DNA of 63,606 nt, the filler included, from Chiloscyllium plagiosum (taxonomy: Eukaryota): assembly GCF_004010195.1 (NCBI RefSeq). It is 4 parts of one record of this genome, joined end to end, with 100 filler letters (N's around TTAATTAATTAA, not from the genome) between each part and the next. Parts side by side here need not be neighbours in the genome. Positions count along the whole stretch, not along the records: positions 1 to 30,756 come from NC_057714.1; 3 more parts are not named here. One strand, written 5' to 3'. Positions 12,701 through 25,758 of the stretch are shown here, piece after piece (the stretch's first letter is position 1; every line of letters begins with the position of its first letter). The notes beneath the pieces are model-generated. The model saw only the letters and a list, made by a program, of their open reading frames with translations. It had not been told where the DNA came from and ran no database searches. Both the position numbers and the translations under genes were made by a program.

Positions 12701-14108
12701 TAGACAAGTCCTCGCCAAAAGTTCTTTCAGCCACTGTTATATTGTCTTTGACTAACAAGGCCATATCTCCCCCTCTTTTACCACCTTCTCTGTTATTAAT
12801 GAAAGATCTAAACCCTGGAATCTGCAACAACCATTCCTGACCCTGCTCTATCCATGTCTCCGAAATGGTCACAACATCGAAGTTCCAGGTACCTATCCAT
12901 GCTGCAAGCTCACCTATCTTATTTCGGATACTTCTGGCATTGAAGTAGACTCACTGCAACCAGCTTGCTGTCTGCCAGCACATTCCTGTGACAGTGAAAT
13001 CCTGTCCGTGCCTTCCCTACTCTCATCCTCTTGTGTACTGGAACTACACCTCAGGTTCCTATCCCCCTGCTGAGCTAGTTTAAACCCATCCAAATAGCAC
13101 CAGCAAATTTCCCACCCAGGATATTAGTACCCCTCTGGTTCAAGTGAAGACCGTCCTGTTTGTAGAGGTCCCACCTTCCCCAGAATGTGCCCCAATTATC
13201 CATGTACCTGAAACACTCTGTCCTGCACCATCCCTGCAGCCATTTGTTCAGCTGATATCTCTCCCTATTCCTTGCTTCGCTATCACGTGGCACAGGTAAC
13301 AAACCAGAGATAATAAGTCTGTTTGTTCTAGCTCTCAGCTTCCACCCTAGCTCCGTGAAATCCTACCTTACATCCCTATCCCTCTTTCTATCTGTGTCAT
13401 TGGTACCTATGTGGACCATGACTTGGGGCTGGTCACCTTCTCCCTTCAGGACCCAAAGATACATTCCGAGACATCATAGATCCTGGCACCTGGGAGGCAA
13501 CACACCTACTGTGAGTGTTGTTCGTTCCCAACAAACGCTCTCTCTGACCCTCTAACTATTGAGTCCCAATAACTAACACTCTCCTCCTTTCCCTTCTTCT
13601 CTTCTGTGCAACAGGGACAGACCTGTGCCAGAGACTAACACCCCACAGCATACCCCTGGTAAGTCGTTCCCCCAACAGTATCCAAAACGGTATACTTGCT
13701 TTTCAGGGGAACGACCACAGGGGATCCCTGCACTGACTGTTTTTCTCCCTTCGAACAGTTACCCAGCTCTCTTCGTGCCGAGGAGTAACTGTTTCCCTGT
13801 AACTTTTATCTATCACAGCCTCTGCCTCCCGGATGACCCAAAGTTCATTCAGCTCCTGCTCCAGTACCCTAATGCGGTATTGGAGGATCGAGAGTTGGTG
13901 GACTTCCACAGATGTACTTGGAAGGGACACTAATGGCGTCCCTCACCTCAAACATCATGCAGGAGGAATATTTCTCTCCCTGCACTGCCATCCCTGCTAG
14001 TCCTCTTATCAGAATGTAAAAGGGAGAAGCTTACCTGATGTGTCTTGGGTTTAGAAAACACTCACTTATATAGCTGGAGGGAAATAAAAAAGTAGAAGGA
14101 AATAAAAA
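9760..14108 (-). mobile_element. Near full-length CR1 LINE (ORF1 Zn-finger/SGNH esterase + ORF2 APE-RT), decayed
   Basis: ORF1 ATG at 13991 (MAVQ..CMMFEVRD) and esterase end DGLHLNQRG at 13075-13302. Endonuclease ISETW. RT motifs QHGF, DFSKAFDKV, GSVLGP and FADD at 10690-11364. 3' tail at 9761. Inserted into the Gypsy integrase at a shared atca. Confidence 0.93.
10066..10391. mobile_element. PLE family A inverted-pLTR element with 14-bp TSD
   Basis: Two inverted hammerhead-bearing arms. TSD aaaagactttcact (10052-10065) / aaaagacattcact (10392-10405). Confidence 0.88.
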
Positions 14109-14888
14109 ATCAGGTTGTTGATATTTTGCTGAACTTTAATGTGTTCGGATCCATTAATTTCTGCAAAGTACTTGAAGTATTCCTGTGCAAATTGTGATCT
14201 ATTATCAGAACCAACTTTATATAAAATTCTATGAATTGCAAAAATCTCTTACAATACTCTAAGGGCTGTTTCTGTAGTTATAGTATACAATTTTTTTAAC
14301 TTTAATCTATTTTGATAAGTAGTTGATAATACTGATCATTGAAGACAAGTAGATCAATTCCTAACCTTTCCATAGCTTAGATGGAAATTTAGTAGATATC
14401 AATGGCTTTCTTTGTTATTGTTGGTTTATTTCACAAATTTGGTAATTTGAAATACTGTCTTCCACATTCTTTGAACCTTACCACATTAATGACTGAACCC
14501 TTCGAATCTATGATGTCCAAGTGACCTTGATGCAGCTATTATTAAATATTTTCTTTGAGTGAATCTGGAATAACTAATCAGGGAGTAATATCTTACCAAC
14601 AATAGTAAAGTGCAATTTATGTTCATAGTACTTTCTCATAACCATACAAAGAGACCATTGGTATGCCAACTCTCTAAACAATATTGATTGGTTTTAATAC
14701 ATTCCTACTCCTGCATCTACTTCTGACAAATTTGTTTGAGTCTATTCTGACTGGATCGGCATTGTGCTATAAAGCACTTATATTTTTAAATAAAATTAAC
14801 ATCTCACCTTGTAAGACTATAAATAATTGCTCGACAGAATGCATCTGATGTTGTTTGCACTTTACCTCATACATAAACTAATTCACAA

Positions 14889-15100
14889 CAACACGACGGT
14901 TGGAGGAAGAGCGCCTCATCTTCCGCCTAGGAACCCTCCAACCACAAGGGATGAACTCGGATTTCACCAGTTTCCTCATTTCCCCTCCCCCCACCTTGTC
15001 TCAGTCAAATCCATCGAATTCAGCACCGCCTTCCTAACCTGCAATCTTCTTCCTGACATCTCCGCCCCCACCTAGCATCTGCAGACCTCACTTTCTCCTC
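14889..15100 (+). mobile_element. PLE family A 3' fragment (end of GIY-YIG ORF, internal deletion)
   Basis: ttggaggaagagcgcctcatcttccgcctaggaaccctccaacc (LEEERLIFRLGTLQP) and terminal gcatctgcagacctcactttctcc. Confidence 0.85.
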
Positions 15101-15539
15101 AATTCATAAGCAAATCTTATTAATTTCAATTGAAATCTTTGTGTTTTTGAAAGGATTCTTGCAAATTCCTTCTCATCAAGTAATGAAACTAAGGGTTTGT
15201 GGTCTATCTCAATAAGCACTTTCAGACTAATTATGTTAGTCTATGAATTTCTTAAATGCAAATGAAATTGAGAGAGCTTCATTGACGATGTATGTGATCC
15301 TTTCTCTTTACTGAAGTGGTCATAATGCATACATAATGCTTTGATCTTCAGTAACCATCTGGCTGTTCTTGAAAATATACTGCTCCTAAGCCAGTGGCTG
15401 GAGCACCCTCTGCTATGAAAGTTGGTAATGAAGAATTATAATGTGCTAAGCCATTTGAACCCTTGATTCCAGAACAATAATCTGGGGTTCTGAATTATTA
15501 GTCCACTCTGCTCTCACCTGCCCATTTTGTACGCTCTGT

Positions 15540-15940
15540 CGTGCAATCACTTCCTTCCTACAATGTGACGACCAGAACTGCATTCAAAATTCCTGCTAAG
15601 GCCTAACTATTGTTATATGCAGCTCCTTGCATTTGTATTCAGTGCCTTGACTAAGTATCTCATATGCCTTCTTAATCACCTGTTTGCTGCCCTCAAGGAT
15701 CTGTGGATATGCGAGGTTTCTCTGATCCTCTGTATTTCCTAGATCCTACCATTCAATATGTATTTGCTTGTCTTGTTGGTCTTTCCAAAATGCATCACCT
15801 CACACTGTTTGGGATTAAGTTCAGCCATTGTTCAGCCCATCTACCTCATCCCATAGTCTGAGGTTTTCCTCCTCTTACAAACCACACCATCAATTTTCAT
15901 TTCATCTATGAACTTACTGATCATACCTCCAATAATCATG
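15540..15940 (-). mobile_element. Old CR1 RT fragment
   Basis: gaccagaactgca, ccaaaatgcatcacctcaca and catctatgaactt are decayed CR1 RT motifs. Confidence 0.7.
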
Positions 15941-16057
15941 ATCTAGTACTTCCTATATTCTATCTATTAATTGATTAAAGAGCATAGATTTGTTCTGGTT
16001 CAGTCTTGCTATCTAATTTTGAAACAAATTTGTATCTTAAAAATTGCCTCCTACCTG

Positions 16058-18300
16058 TCATAGTGTCTTACAGGTACAAACAGGCCCTTTGGCCCACCAT
16101 GTCTATGCCGATCAACAAACATCTATCTATACTAATTCCATTTACTGCACTTGGTCCATAGCCTCTTATGCTCAGGTATTTTAAGTGCTTGTCCAGATGC
16201 TTCCTAAGTGTTGCAAGAGTACCTGCTCCAATGTCATCTCGGTTAAAAAGTTCCATATTTTTACCACCTTCCAGAATTTTCTTCAGATCCCCTCTAAACT
16301 ACATATTCCTCAACTTAAACCTGTGCCCATTGGTCTTAGATACATGTGCCATAGGAAAAAGATTCTCACAATCTACCCTATTCTATGCCTCTGATAATTT
16401 CATACACCTCAATCAGATCGTTCTCAGCCTCCTCTGCTCTAGGGCAAACAAATCCAGCGTATCCACTTTCTCTTCACAACTGAGACTTTGTATCCCACGC
16501 AACATCCTGGTAAATTTCCTCTGTACCATCGCCAGTGCAATCAGATCCTTCCACTAGTGTGCTGACCAGAACTGCACGCAGTATTCCATCTGTGACCTAA
16601 CCAATGCTCTGTAAAATTGCAAAATGAGTTCCCTGCTCCTATATTCTATGCCCCATCTAATGAAGGCAAGCATTCCATATACCTTCTTCACTACCCTATC
16701 TAACTATATTGACACTTTCAGGGATCTATGAACTTGTTCCTCCATTCGCCCTAAGGACCTACCATTAATTGTGCAAATCCTTCCCTTCTTAAATCGCCAA
16801 AATGCATCACCTTATGCTTATCAAGATGAAATTCCAATTGCCATTGCTCTGCAAAAATTACCAGCTGATCAATATCAGTTTGTAGCCTGAAACCATCCTC
16901 CTCACTAGCAAAAAACCCACCAATATTAGTATCATCTGCAAAGTTACTAATTATACCTTTATATTGACATCCAATTCACTAATGTACATAATACACAGCA
17001 AGGGAATAGCTCCAATTCCTGTGGTACACCGCTGGTTCACAGGCTTCCACTCATAAAAATAACTTTCACACTAGTTTCCTCATTTCCCCTCCCCCCACAA
17101 GTCTCCAACACAACACCACCCTCTTGACCTGTCCGTCACTTTTCCCACCTATCCGCTCCACCCTCCTCTCCGAGCTATCACATCTCCCCCACCTTCTACC
17201 TATTGCATTCTCAGCTACCTTCCCACCAACCCCACCCCCTCCCATTTATCTCTCAGCCCCCCGACCCACAAGCCTCATTCCTGATGAAGGGCTTGTGCCC
17301 AAAACATCAATTCTCCTGCTCCTCAGGTGCTGCCTGACCTGCTGTGCTTTTTCCAGCACCACACTCTCGACTCTGATTTCCAGCATCTGCAGTCCTTACT
17401 TTCTCCAACTTTCACTGTTACCCTTTGTCTTCTATTTACAAGCCAATTTTAGATCCAGTTTTCTTACTTGGCTTGGATCCTATGTACTGTTACCTTTTGG
17501 ACCAGCCTTCCATGTGGGACCTTGTCAAAGGCCTTACTGAAGTTCATGTAAACCACATCAACCACACTACTCTCATCAATATATTTAGTCAACTTTTCAA
17601 AAGATCTAGGGCAAACAAATCCAGCATATCCACTTTCTCTTCACAACTGAGACTTTCTATCCCAGGCAACATCCTGGTAAATTTCCTTTGTACCATTGCC
17701 AATGCAATCACGTCATTCCACTAGTGTGCTGACCAGAACTGCACGCAGTCAGACAGGATCTCCCTCTAACAAATCCATGCTAACTATCCCTGATCAAAAC
17801 CTATCTTTGCAAGCATTGATTAATCCTGCGCTTCACAATTTTTCACAATTAATTCCCTAGAACTGACATCAGTCTAACTTGTCTGTAATTATATGGCATG
17901 TCCCTGCTGCCTTTCTTGATCAAAGGAACCAGTCATTTGGCCCTTCACCTGTGGCCAGCAAAGTATTAAATATCTCCTTTAGCTTCCTAGCAATCTCCTC
18001 CTTTGCTTCCCACAGCAGCCTTGGTTACATCTCATCAGGCCCTGGGGATTTAGGCGCCTTTAAGCCTGATAAAACATCTGCTGCCTCCTCTTTATTAATC
18101 TTAACATGCTCTAGAACTTCACCAACTCAACTGAAATCTCCAGCTACAGCATCCTTTTCCATTGTGAATACAGATAAGAAATGTTCATTTGGGACCTCAT
18201 CCATGTCCCCTGGCTCCAAGCACAGATTTCCCCCTTGGTCTCTAATAGGCCCCACTCTTTCCCTGGTAATCCTCTTGCTGTTAATATACTTATATGTCCT
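16058..18300 (-). mobile_element. 5'-truncated CR1 LINE with a PLE insertion and a templated duplication
   Basis: 3' tail aacaggccctttggccc at ~16080, RT remnants, EN-RT linker KRITRERVGPIRDQGG at 18127-18290. Confidence 0.85.
17070..17406 (+). mobile_element. PLE family A 3' end with 9-bp TSD
   Basis: ctgatgaagggcttgtgcccaaaac (mutated HHR) plus terminal motif. TSD aactttcac at 17061-17069 and 17407-17415. Confidence 0.85.
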
Positions 18301-19479
18301 CAAATTCAATGTCATATTTGGTCCATACCTATGGTTAAATCTTCCTGACAATAAGAATTGGGATGCCATATCTTGCTATAATTGCTAGATCTTTTATTTT
18401 GTTATTCTTTTATTTTCTTTAAACTTAACTTGCAGTAATGCAATTTTTCTCTCTTCTTTTAGCAGTATGGTGGTTTTCTCATACTTCTCAGTCTCACTGT
18501 GACTCCCACAGTAGTCTCTTTACCCCAGCAAAAAAAAAGGTTTTGCTAGGCCTGAATTTATTTTTCAGAATCATAAACACGTTTAAATCAGCTTTCCAAC
18601 GTTTTGGATTTTTTTCTATACATCAAGTTCCTGCCTCATGGTTCCAGCTCATAATGGCAATGATACCCATTTCTTAAGACTACTTGATTTGCAGCCTGAT
18701 TTTACTTTGCTGTTATTTGAGGTTTTTACTCTCTGGGTTTTCTCAGCAATCCTTGATTTCTGTTTGACTCACCAGCTCTAAATTGGACTTAGGCCCAAAT
18801 TGCAGACCAGCACTTCACACAATGCAGACTGTACCTGTGCCTTGGAGATCTTTAGGTTCTTCTTCACCTCTTCGTCAAATCAGGACTTGTGATTCATTTC
18901 ATTCTGTTTCATTTTATTTTCTTTCTTCTTTTTGAGTTTGCTATTCACCACATTCTCAGCACATTGGGTTTAGATAAAGACCCATAGCTATCACCACTGC
19001 CATACTATTATCAAACTGGCTTCATATGTCCATGTGACATTACCACAGCGGGCATTATTAATCACACTCTTTCAGATATTAATTTAATCAATCATGTTGA
19101 CTCATACTCTTTTGGCATTTTGGCAGGTCTTTGCAAGGAAAACAAGGCCACTTGGGACTGCCTCCTCCACCATGAGCCACCTCAATAAATGGAGCTGCCC
19201 TGCAGCAAGTTGAAGTAATACCAAATTTATATCAGTTGGTGCAAGGGATGGTAAGTTATCAGATGATCTTGAACCCAAGTAACGTTTAAGATTGGAATAT
19301 GCAATACTGCAGGGAGAAATCAAGGAGGGGTCTAGTGGGAGTGATATTACACAGTAAGATTCATGTAAATCATGATGATTCAACTGAATATATGTCTCTG
19401 ACATCAGTTAGAGAGAAAGTTTGGACTAGGATGAGCAGATAACTTTAAAAAGCCTTACACAATATACTAGATTTGATAT

Positions 19480-19720
19480 TAAAAACAGAAAGTGCTGGAG
19501 AAACTTAGCAGGTTTGACAGTGTCTGTGGAGAGAGAAACAGAATTACCATTTTAAGTTCAATTAAACTCTTCTTCAGAAAGGGAGGGGACCGGAAAATGA
19601 TGGTTTTGTTGCTATTCTCAAAGTGAAAGGAGAGTGGGTGGAACAGACACTGCTCAAAGCAAAACACAATGAGGATGATAGTAGTGGTTGAGGAAAGATA
19701 TTGATTAAGCCCCTTCCCCT
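19480..19720 (-). mobile_element. Degraded PLE family C terminus
   Basis: aaaaacagaaagtgctggagaaacttagcagg...gtggagagagaaacag...tcttcttcag, homologous to the left arm at 4290. Confidence 0.6.
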
Positions 19721-19879
19721 CAAGTATCTTGATTGCATGTGTTTGCTCTCAGCAAGCTGACTCACTTTCTACTATTCACATCTACCATTAACACCAATTT
19801 ACATCAATATTATATTTCTATCTATATGACTTCAGCTGATGACCCTTCCAGAATACAAACTCTCCTCACTGCTATACTT

Positions 19880-20600
19880 CCTTGATCAATATTGCAGCAT
19901 CCTCTTCCATCCCCTTCTCTACCTTTTCTGAACAACATATAACCAGGAAGGTTGAACTGCTAATCCTGTCCAGCTTTCAGCCAAGTCTCGGTCATAATTA
20001 TGATATCATACTCCCACACACCTATCTGTGCCCGTAGTTCATCTGGTTTATTCCTCAGGATCTTTGCATTAAAATATGTTCCATTTAGCCTTGCTAATCT
20101 CCCACATTTTTCTTATCCACCTGAGTTTCCTCTGCATTCCAGACTCATTCATGTTTTAATTTCTAATTCCATCTCTCTTCTGTCCTTTCTTATCTACTTG
20201 TCAGGATCCCATCCCTTGCCAATTTGGTTGAACAGCATTAGCAAACCTCTTCATGAGGATGGTTCATCCTGTTCCTGTTCAAGTGTAACCAATTTTCACA
20301 CGTCCCACCTCCCTCAAAAATGGTCCTAATTTTTCAGGAATCCATCCCTCCAGCCTTCCATTCATCCACATATCCTTCTATTCCTACACTTGCCACTGCA
20401 TGGCACTACGAGTAAACTAGAGATTACTAGCTTTGAGGTCCTGCTTTTCAATTTCCTACTTAATTCCCTAAAGTCTGCTTGTAGGACCTTATTGTCATTG
20501 CTCTCAACATGGACAATGACCCCTTGCTCTTCACCTCTCCTTCAAAATGACCCGCAGTCATTCCATGACATCCTTGAACCAGTACCCAGGAGATGACTCC
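19880..20600 (-). mobile_element. Old CR1 ORF1-esterase/ORF2-start fragment
   Basis: Minus-strand ccaagtctcgg (TETW), atggacaatgacc (VIVH) and ctttgaggtcctgc remnants. Confidence 0.7.
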
Positions 20601-22049
20601 AGAGTGGTAAGTTATGTCTACAGATGCAAAACTGAACATGTTAATTTCACATCACAGTCTGCTGTAACTATTTTTGGGCCTCAAGAAAGTTGTGATAATT
20701 GTGCTTTTTAAGGTAAAAATGTGACCTCACTATTTTTATTTCTAATATTTTGTAAAAGAGCTCTCTAAATATTAAAAAAAATTGTGGATGTCACCATGTA
20801 TTAATCAACACTTATTGTGCAAAATAATAATTTTGAACATCATGAGTTCCATTATATTACCAGCTTGATTACTTTTATTATTATTTAAATTCCTTTTCTC
20901 TCTCATGCACTGTGTCACATACATAAAACATGCCGCTGTCACGTAGTAAGAAAAATAATTAAAATTAAGTCACTTCAAAACAAAAAGCTTTTATCAGATT
21001 TTCCATTTACCTTTAAAGATATCAGATAGCACAATCTAAAATAAATAACCTCAATTTAGTGTCAGTCCTGAACCCACAATGCAGCTCAAGGTCATGATCA
21101 ATAGCAAGAACAGTAATCAGTCTGCAGTATTTGGCTGTGAACTGCTCATTGTCTTACGGTTGGTGTTTTATTGTTAAAATTGGAAAGAAAGGAAGAGACT
21201 CTGCACATCATCATCCTGTTGCACTAAAATATACTGCATTATTCATTAAAAAGGCAGTGAAATTTTAAAACTTTAAAACAGCAGCAGGATAATGGTTGTT
21301 TGGAAGTAATTATGGAGGTAATTTTTTTTCAAAGTTTGTCTATTCTTTCAATAATGGCTAACAAAGAAGCACATTCATTCAGACCTAATTTGAGAAGAGT
21401 GGTATGATTTAGGCTAGAGTCTTTGAAAATATGAGCTACAAATTTGTGACAATTATCTTCAAAGTTAGTTAATGAGTTTCAGTCAAACTTTTAGAAAACT
21501 TATATAGACAATAAGCATTTCTAAATTGATTGAATGAGGGGATAATAGTAAACTGTTGATAAGTTAATACTTTGTGATGAAGTATTTGTTCATTGTTTTT
21601 CACTTTTACCTTGTATCACCTCCAGTGAACATATCACTTACTAAAAGGTCCCACTTAAATTGCAGGCACTTGACCGAATGTGTTTATCCATTATACACTT
21701 TTTGCAAATTCCATCATCCTTCAGAAAAATACCATTACTTTTCCAACTGACAAGGAACTCTGAAAACCAGCAATCTGAAGTACGAATGTTTACAAAGTGC
21801 ATTATAGGTTCATAAATGAAAGACTAAAACATAGATTTACGATTCAGGTAATAACCAGAAGATGCTTCACATATATAAAAATGAAAGGAACACAAGTAGT
21901 CAGAAAAGTAGTCAATGCTTGCTAAATTTCCAATTTGTACTCTGAATTTTTAATCCGTAAAGGTTAGGCACAGAGGTAGGAAGACAAAAACAAAATTCAC
22001 TGGCCAATGTGTTGGTTTTACGATTACATTCTGGCCATTCTATAATGTC

Positions 22050-22865
22050 TATTCAGGACAATCAGGAGGTAGAGGAAGAACAGTCAAAGGTCATGGTCCA
22101 CATAGGTACAAACAATATTGGTCAAAAGAGGGATATAGTTAGATTCTTAAGGTATTGGAAACAAGTTTGGAAAAGATGGCATCTGCACAAGCTGGACAGG
22201 TTGCACTCCAGTAAAACCTGGACCAATATCTCCATAGGATATTTGCTAGTACTTTTGGGAAGGATTTAAACTAGAGTGGCAGAGGATGGGAACCTGCATA
22301 GGGACACAACAGTGAGAGAAACAAAGATGGAAACGAAAGGTAGAAAAGTGGAAAGCAAAAGTGTAAGACAGCAGATAAAAGGGTTAGCATCAAATAGGTC
22401 CATAGTACAAAAGAATTGTGTAAAACATCAAAATGTCTAATGGTACTATATGTGAATGCACAATAATATTAATGCACTAACAGCACAATTGGTTCTAAAC
22501 ATATATAATATCATTGCAATTACAGAGACATGGCTGCAGGGTAATCAAGGCTGGGAACTAAACATCCAAGAATATTCAATGCTTAGGAATGATGGGTAAA
22601 AAGGAGGTGAGGTGGCATTGTTAGTGAAAGATGAAATCCATATAATAGTTAGAAAGGATATTGTACGGAATATTAGAGATGCATGCAATAAGGGTGCTAC
22701 AGTAATCATGGGTGATTTTACACATTGGCTGGGTAAACCAGGTTACTATTAATACTGTGAAGGATGAATTCCTAGAGTGTGGAAAGAAATAATATGTTGA
22801 AGATTAGAGAACAGGCCACCCAAGGTTTAGTTTTGTGCAATGAGAAGGAGTTTATCAATCTGATT
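22050..22865 (+). mobile_element. Old CR1 esterase/endonuclease fragment
   Basis: VMVHIGTNNIG, DRLH, YVNA, IAITETW and IMGDF remnants. Confidence 0.8.
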
Positions 22866-23803
22866 TGGAGATGCTGGTGTTGGACTGGAATGTACAAAGT
22901 TAAAAATCACACAACACCAGGTTATAGTCCAACAGGTTTAATCGGAAGCACTAGCTTTCAGAGTGCCGCTCCTTCATCAGGTGGTTATGGAGGACACAAT
23001 TACAAGACACAGAATTTATAGCAAAAGTTTACAGTGTGATGTAACTCAAATTATACATTGAAAAATACCTTGATTGTTTGTTGAATCTTTCATCTGTTCG
23101 AAAACCATGATAGTTTCACTTCTTTCATGTGTAAATCACAAAACTTTTTTTTAGAAGTTGCATTCTCAGGTTAACTGTAACAATTGGTGTTAGCTAGACA
23201 ATATGTTGCAAGTGTTAGCCCCTTGTGTTCTCTGTCTGTGCCATTATGTTTAGACTGATTCTAATCTAAAACGTGAGATAACAGAGTCTTACATGAATTC
23301 ATGCAGTTGTTGAGCAAAGTACAATGTAACTATGCAAGTACAAATTCACCCCACAAACGTATATGTGTGCATGTGGGTCTTTGTGTGTGTGTCTGTCTGT
23401 CTGTCTATCTGGTCTGTAAGGGTGTGTGTGAGTGTCTGTGTGCATGTCTGTGTATACATGTGTCTGTGTGTATGTGTGTGTATAGGAATGCCTATGTGTT
23501 TGTGTGTGTGTATAGTGCATTGGTGGTCACTTGTAGTGTAATATGAACCCAAGGTCCCTGTTGAGGCCCTCCCTATGGGTATGGAACTGAGCTATCAGCC
23601 TCTGCTCATCCACTTTTCACTGCTGCCTGTCCCGAAGTCCACCTTAGAGGATGGTCACCGGAAGGTCCGAGGTTGAATGTCCTGGGCCACTGAAGTGTTC
23701 CCCAACTGGGAGGGAACACTCCTGTCTGTTGATTGTTGTGCGATGCCCATTCATCCGGTGCCGTAAGCCCTTGCTGTGTTTCCCCATGTGCCATGCCTCA
23801 GGG
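22866..23803 (-). mobile_element. Penelope-like element family B 3' part (GIY-YIG C-terminus, 3'UTR, hammerhead terminus)
   Basis: PEAW.GET..LRHRMNGHRTTINRQECSLPVGEHFSGPGHS at 23640-23800. Minus-strand cctgatgaaggagcggcactctgaaagctagtg at ~22950-22982. Confidence 0.88.
23362..23512. repeat. Imperfect (TG)n/(TCTG)n microsatellite inside the PLE 3'UTR
   Basis: Direct inspection. Confidence 0.85.
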
Positions 23804-24626
23804 TTACACAGATCATTTTTGTTTACACTTAGGAGGCAAGGTGCACAGGTGATCATGAAGAGTGTGATTGAATCATTTGCACTGTCCACTATCCTCTCAA
23901 TAATGGGGGCGGTTGGCTCTTGGCAATACCATACTTTGCAAAGTTCATCTTCAATTTTACAATCAAAACTGTGCTACTGATTACTGTGAATATGACATGG
24001 AACATGGAAATGAACAAACCCATCATGTACTAACATTCTACCTATAACTGAGGCATTTTGGTCATGGGTGGAAATGACCTGTCTGAACTTGGCAAAGACA
24101 TCATGAGTACGAGAGTGTGTTCAGTCCCATTACTGCTGGGGCAAAATGTAAAACCCATTGCATGGACCTCTGGATGTCTCTCAGCGAACAGGGATCCCAT
24201 GCTTAGGTGAAGTTGTTCCCCTACTTTGGCTGAAGTACATCTCTCAATTTCAACAGCAGTCATCAATATCAGAAGACATCCAGGGTCAGTAACACCATTG
24301 TCTGGTCAGGGCAGTCATCTTTTCCATCGCTTGGTGTACTGCTTGATCATAAATTGCTATCAGCACTGGACACTTGTGTCAAGAAGGATGACTTGCTTCA
24401 CGTCTCTATCCTTGTCATGAACCAGCCAATAGAGGACTGCATTCTCCTTCCTGGTCCCCTTCCGGCATTTCAACAGTTACAGTGCCGGTTTGAAATCCCT
24501 CATCAACTGGCATTGGGGTGGTATATTTTGGCCTTCCGGTTATGTTGCAGTCTACTAATGCCCATGTTAATCAGCTGAAGCTGTTTGAGATCCTCTTTCA
24601 AGATTGATGGCAAAGTTGAAACCAAA

Positions 24627-24817
24627 GCTTAAAAATGTGTTGCTGGAAAAGCGCAGCAAGTCAGGCAGCATCAAAGGAACAGGAGAATCGACATTTCGGG
24701 CATAAGCCCTTCTTCAGGAATGAGGAGGTGTGCCAAGCAAGCTGCCTGACCTGCTGCACTTTTCCAGCAACACATTTTTAAGCTCTAATCTCCAGCATCT
24801 GCAGTCCTCACTTTCTC
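24627..24817. mobile_element. PLE family A fold-back element with 15-bp TSD
   Basis: Inverted arms. TSD aaagttgaaaccaaa at 24612-24626 and 24818-24832. Confidence 0.9.
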
Positions 24818-25527
24818 AAAGTTGAAACCAAACCAGGTCCACATGCCTGCATTTGGTTTGGATCTCACTCACAGTGCATCGGAAAGACTCCACTGAATCT
24901 CAGTTCAAATGTCATTGAGAATCAGGATCAGTCTGCTGCCTTTGACCCAAAGCATTGGAATGGCCCTGGTCTCAGTCACAGCCCCCTTCATCCAGGCAGG
25001 GATAGAGTCCTTACTGTAGTTAGTTTTCCAACTAAGGTCAACAGCATTTGCATTTCTTTTCCCTGATGTGTTTGGCTGAAATTTGAAAGTAGCTGAATGG
25101 GGTTGTTGTCTGTAAACATTTCAAGCTCTGCACCCATCAGTATGTCTCTGACCTTCTGGGAAATAGCTCACCTCAAAGCTAACAGTTCCAGAAACACTAC
25201 TGGAGTAATTTTCCATAATTCCTTTCATTTCACTTGCAACTTTGATTGACAAAAGTGATAACCAATCTTTTCTACCCTCCAACCAGTGACTGCACTGTTC
25301 CTATGCCAAGAAAACTGGAATTGGATACCAGTATGAATGGCAGTTGGAAATCTGGGTAGCAAACAACAGGAGATGAGATAATTTTCTGTTTGAGTGAGTG
25401 TAAGAGGAGCCTTCACATGTTGATATCCAACTATCTGTTATGCTTCATGAAGGATGACACCTCATGCATCCTTTTCAAACCACTCCTTCAGCATTCTCTG
25501 ATTTGCTCAGCAATTCTAGGAGTGGGG

Positions 25528-25758
25528 GTCTAGATTAGAGTGGTGCTGGAAACGCACAGCAGGTCAGGCAGCATCCGAGGAGCAGGAAAATTGACATTTC
25601 GGGCAAAATCCCTTCATCGGGACTGCAGTATGATGAAGAGCTTTTGCCCAAAACGTCGGTTTTCCTGCTCCTTGGATGCTGCCTGACCTGCTGTGCTTTT
25701 CCAGCACCACTCTAATCTAGACTCTGATTTCCAGCATCTGCAGTACTCACTTTTGCCT
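25528..25758. mobile_element. PLE family A fold-back element with 16-bp TSD
   Basis: Near-symmetric arms around the HHR cores. TSD aattctaggagtgggg (25512-25527) / aattctaggagagggg (25759-25774). Confidence 0.9.

Larger units (their letters stand above)
9150..16060 (-). mobile_element. Decayed Gypsy pol region (RNase H + integrase), split by later insertions
   Basis: Minus-strand remnants: ATGLGAVYFQEQPDG and IDHKPLVSL (RNase H, ~15180-15410), GSDNRSQFAQEYFKYFAE (integrase, ~14160-14215) and SSELLMTIKLKIHLP (~9600-9660). Many stops. Confidence 0.75.

Noticed and set aside
18300..18980. Possible Gypsy gag relic
   Set aside because: Only a faint IKDLAII-like resemblance; too decayed to call.
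23299..23552. His/Thr- and Cys/Val-rich ORFs
   Set aside because: Translations of a TG microsatellite.
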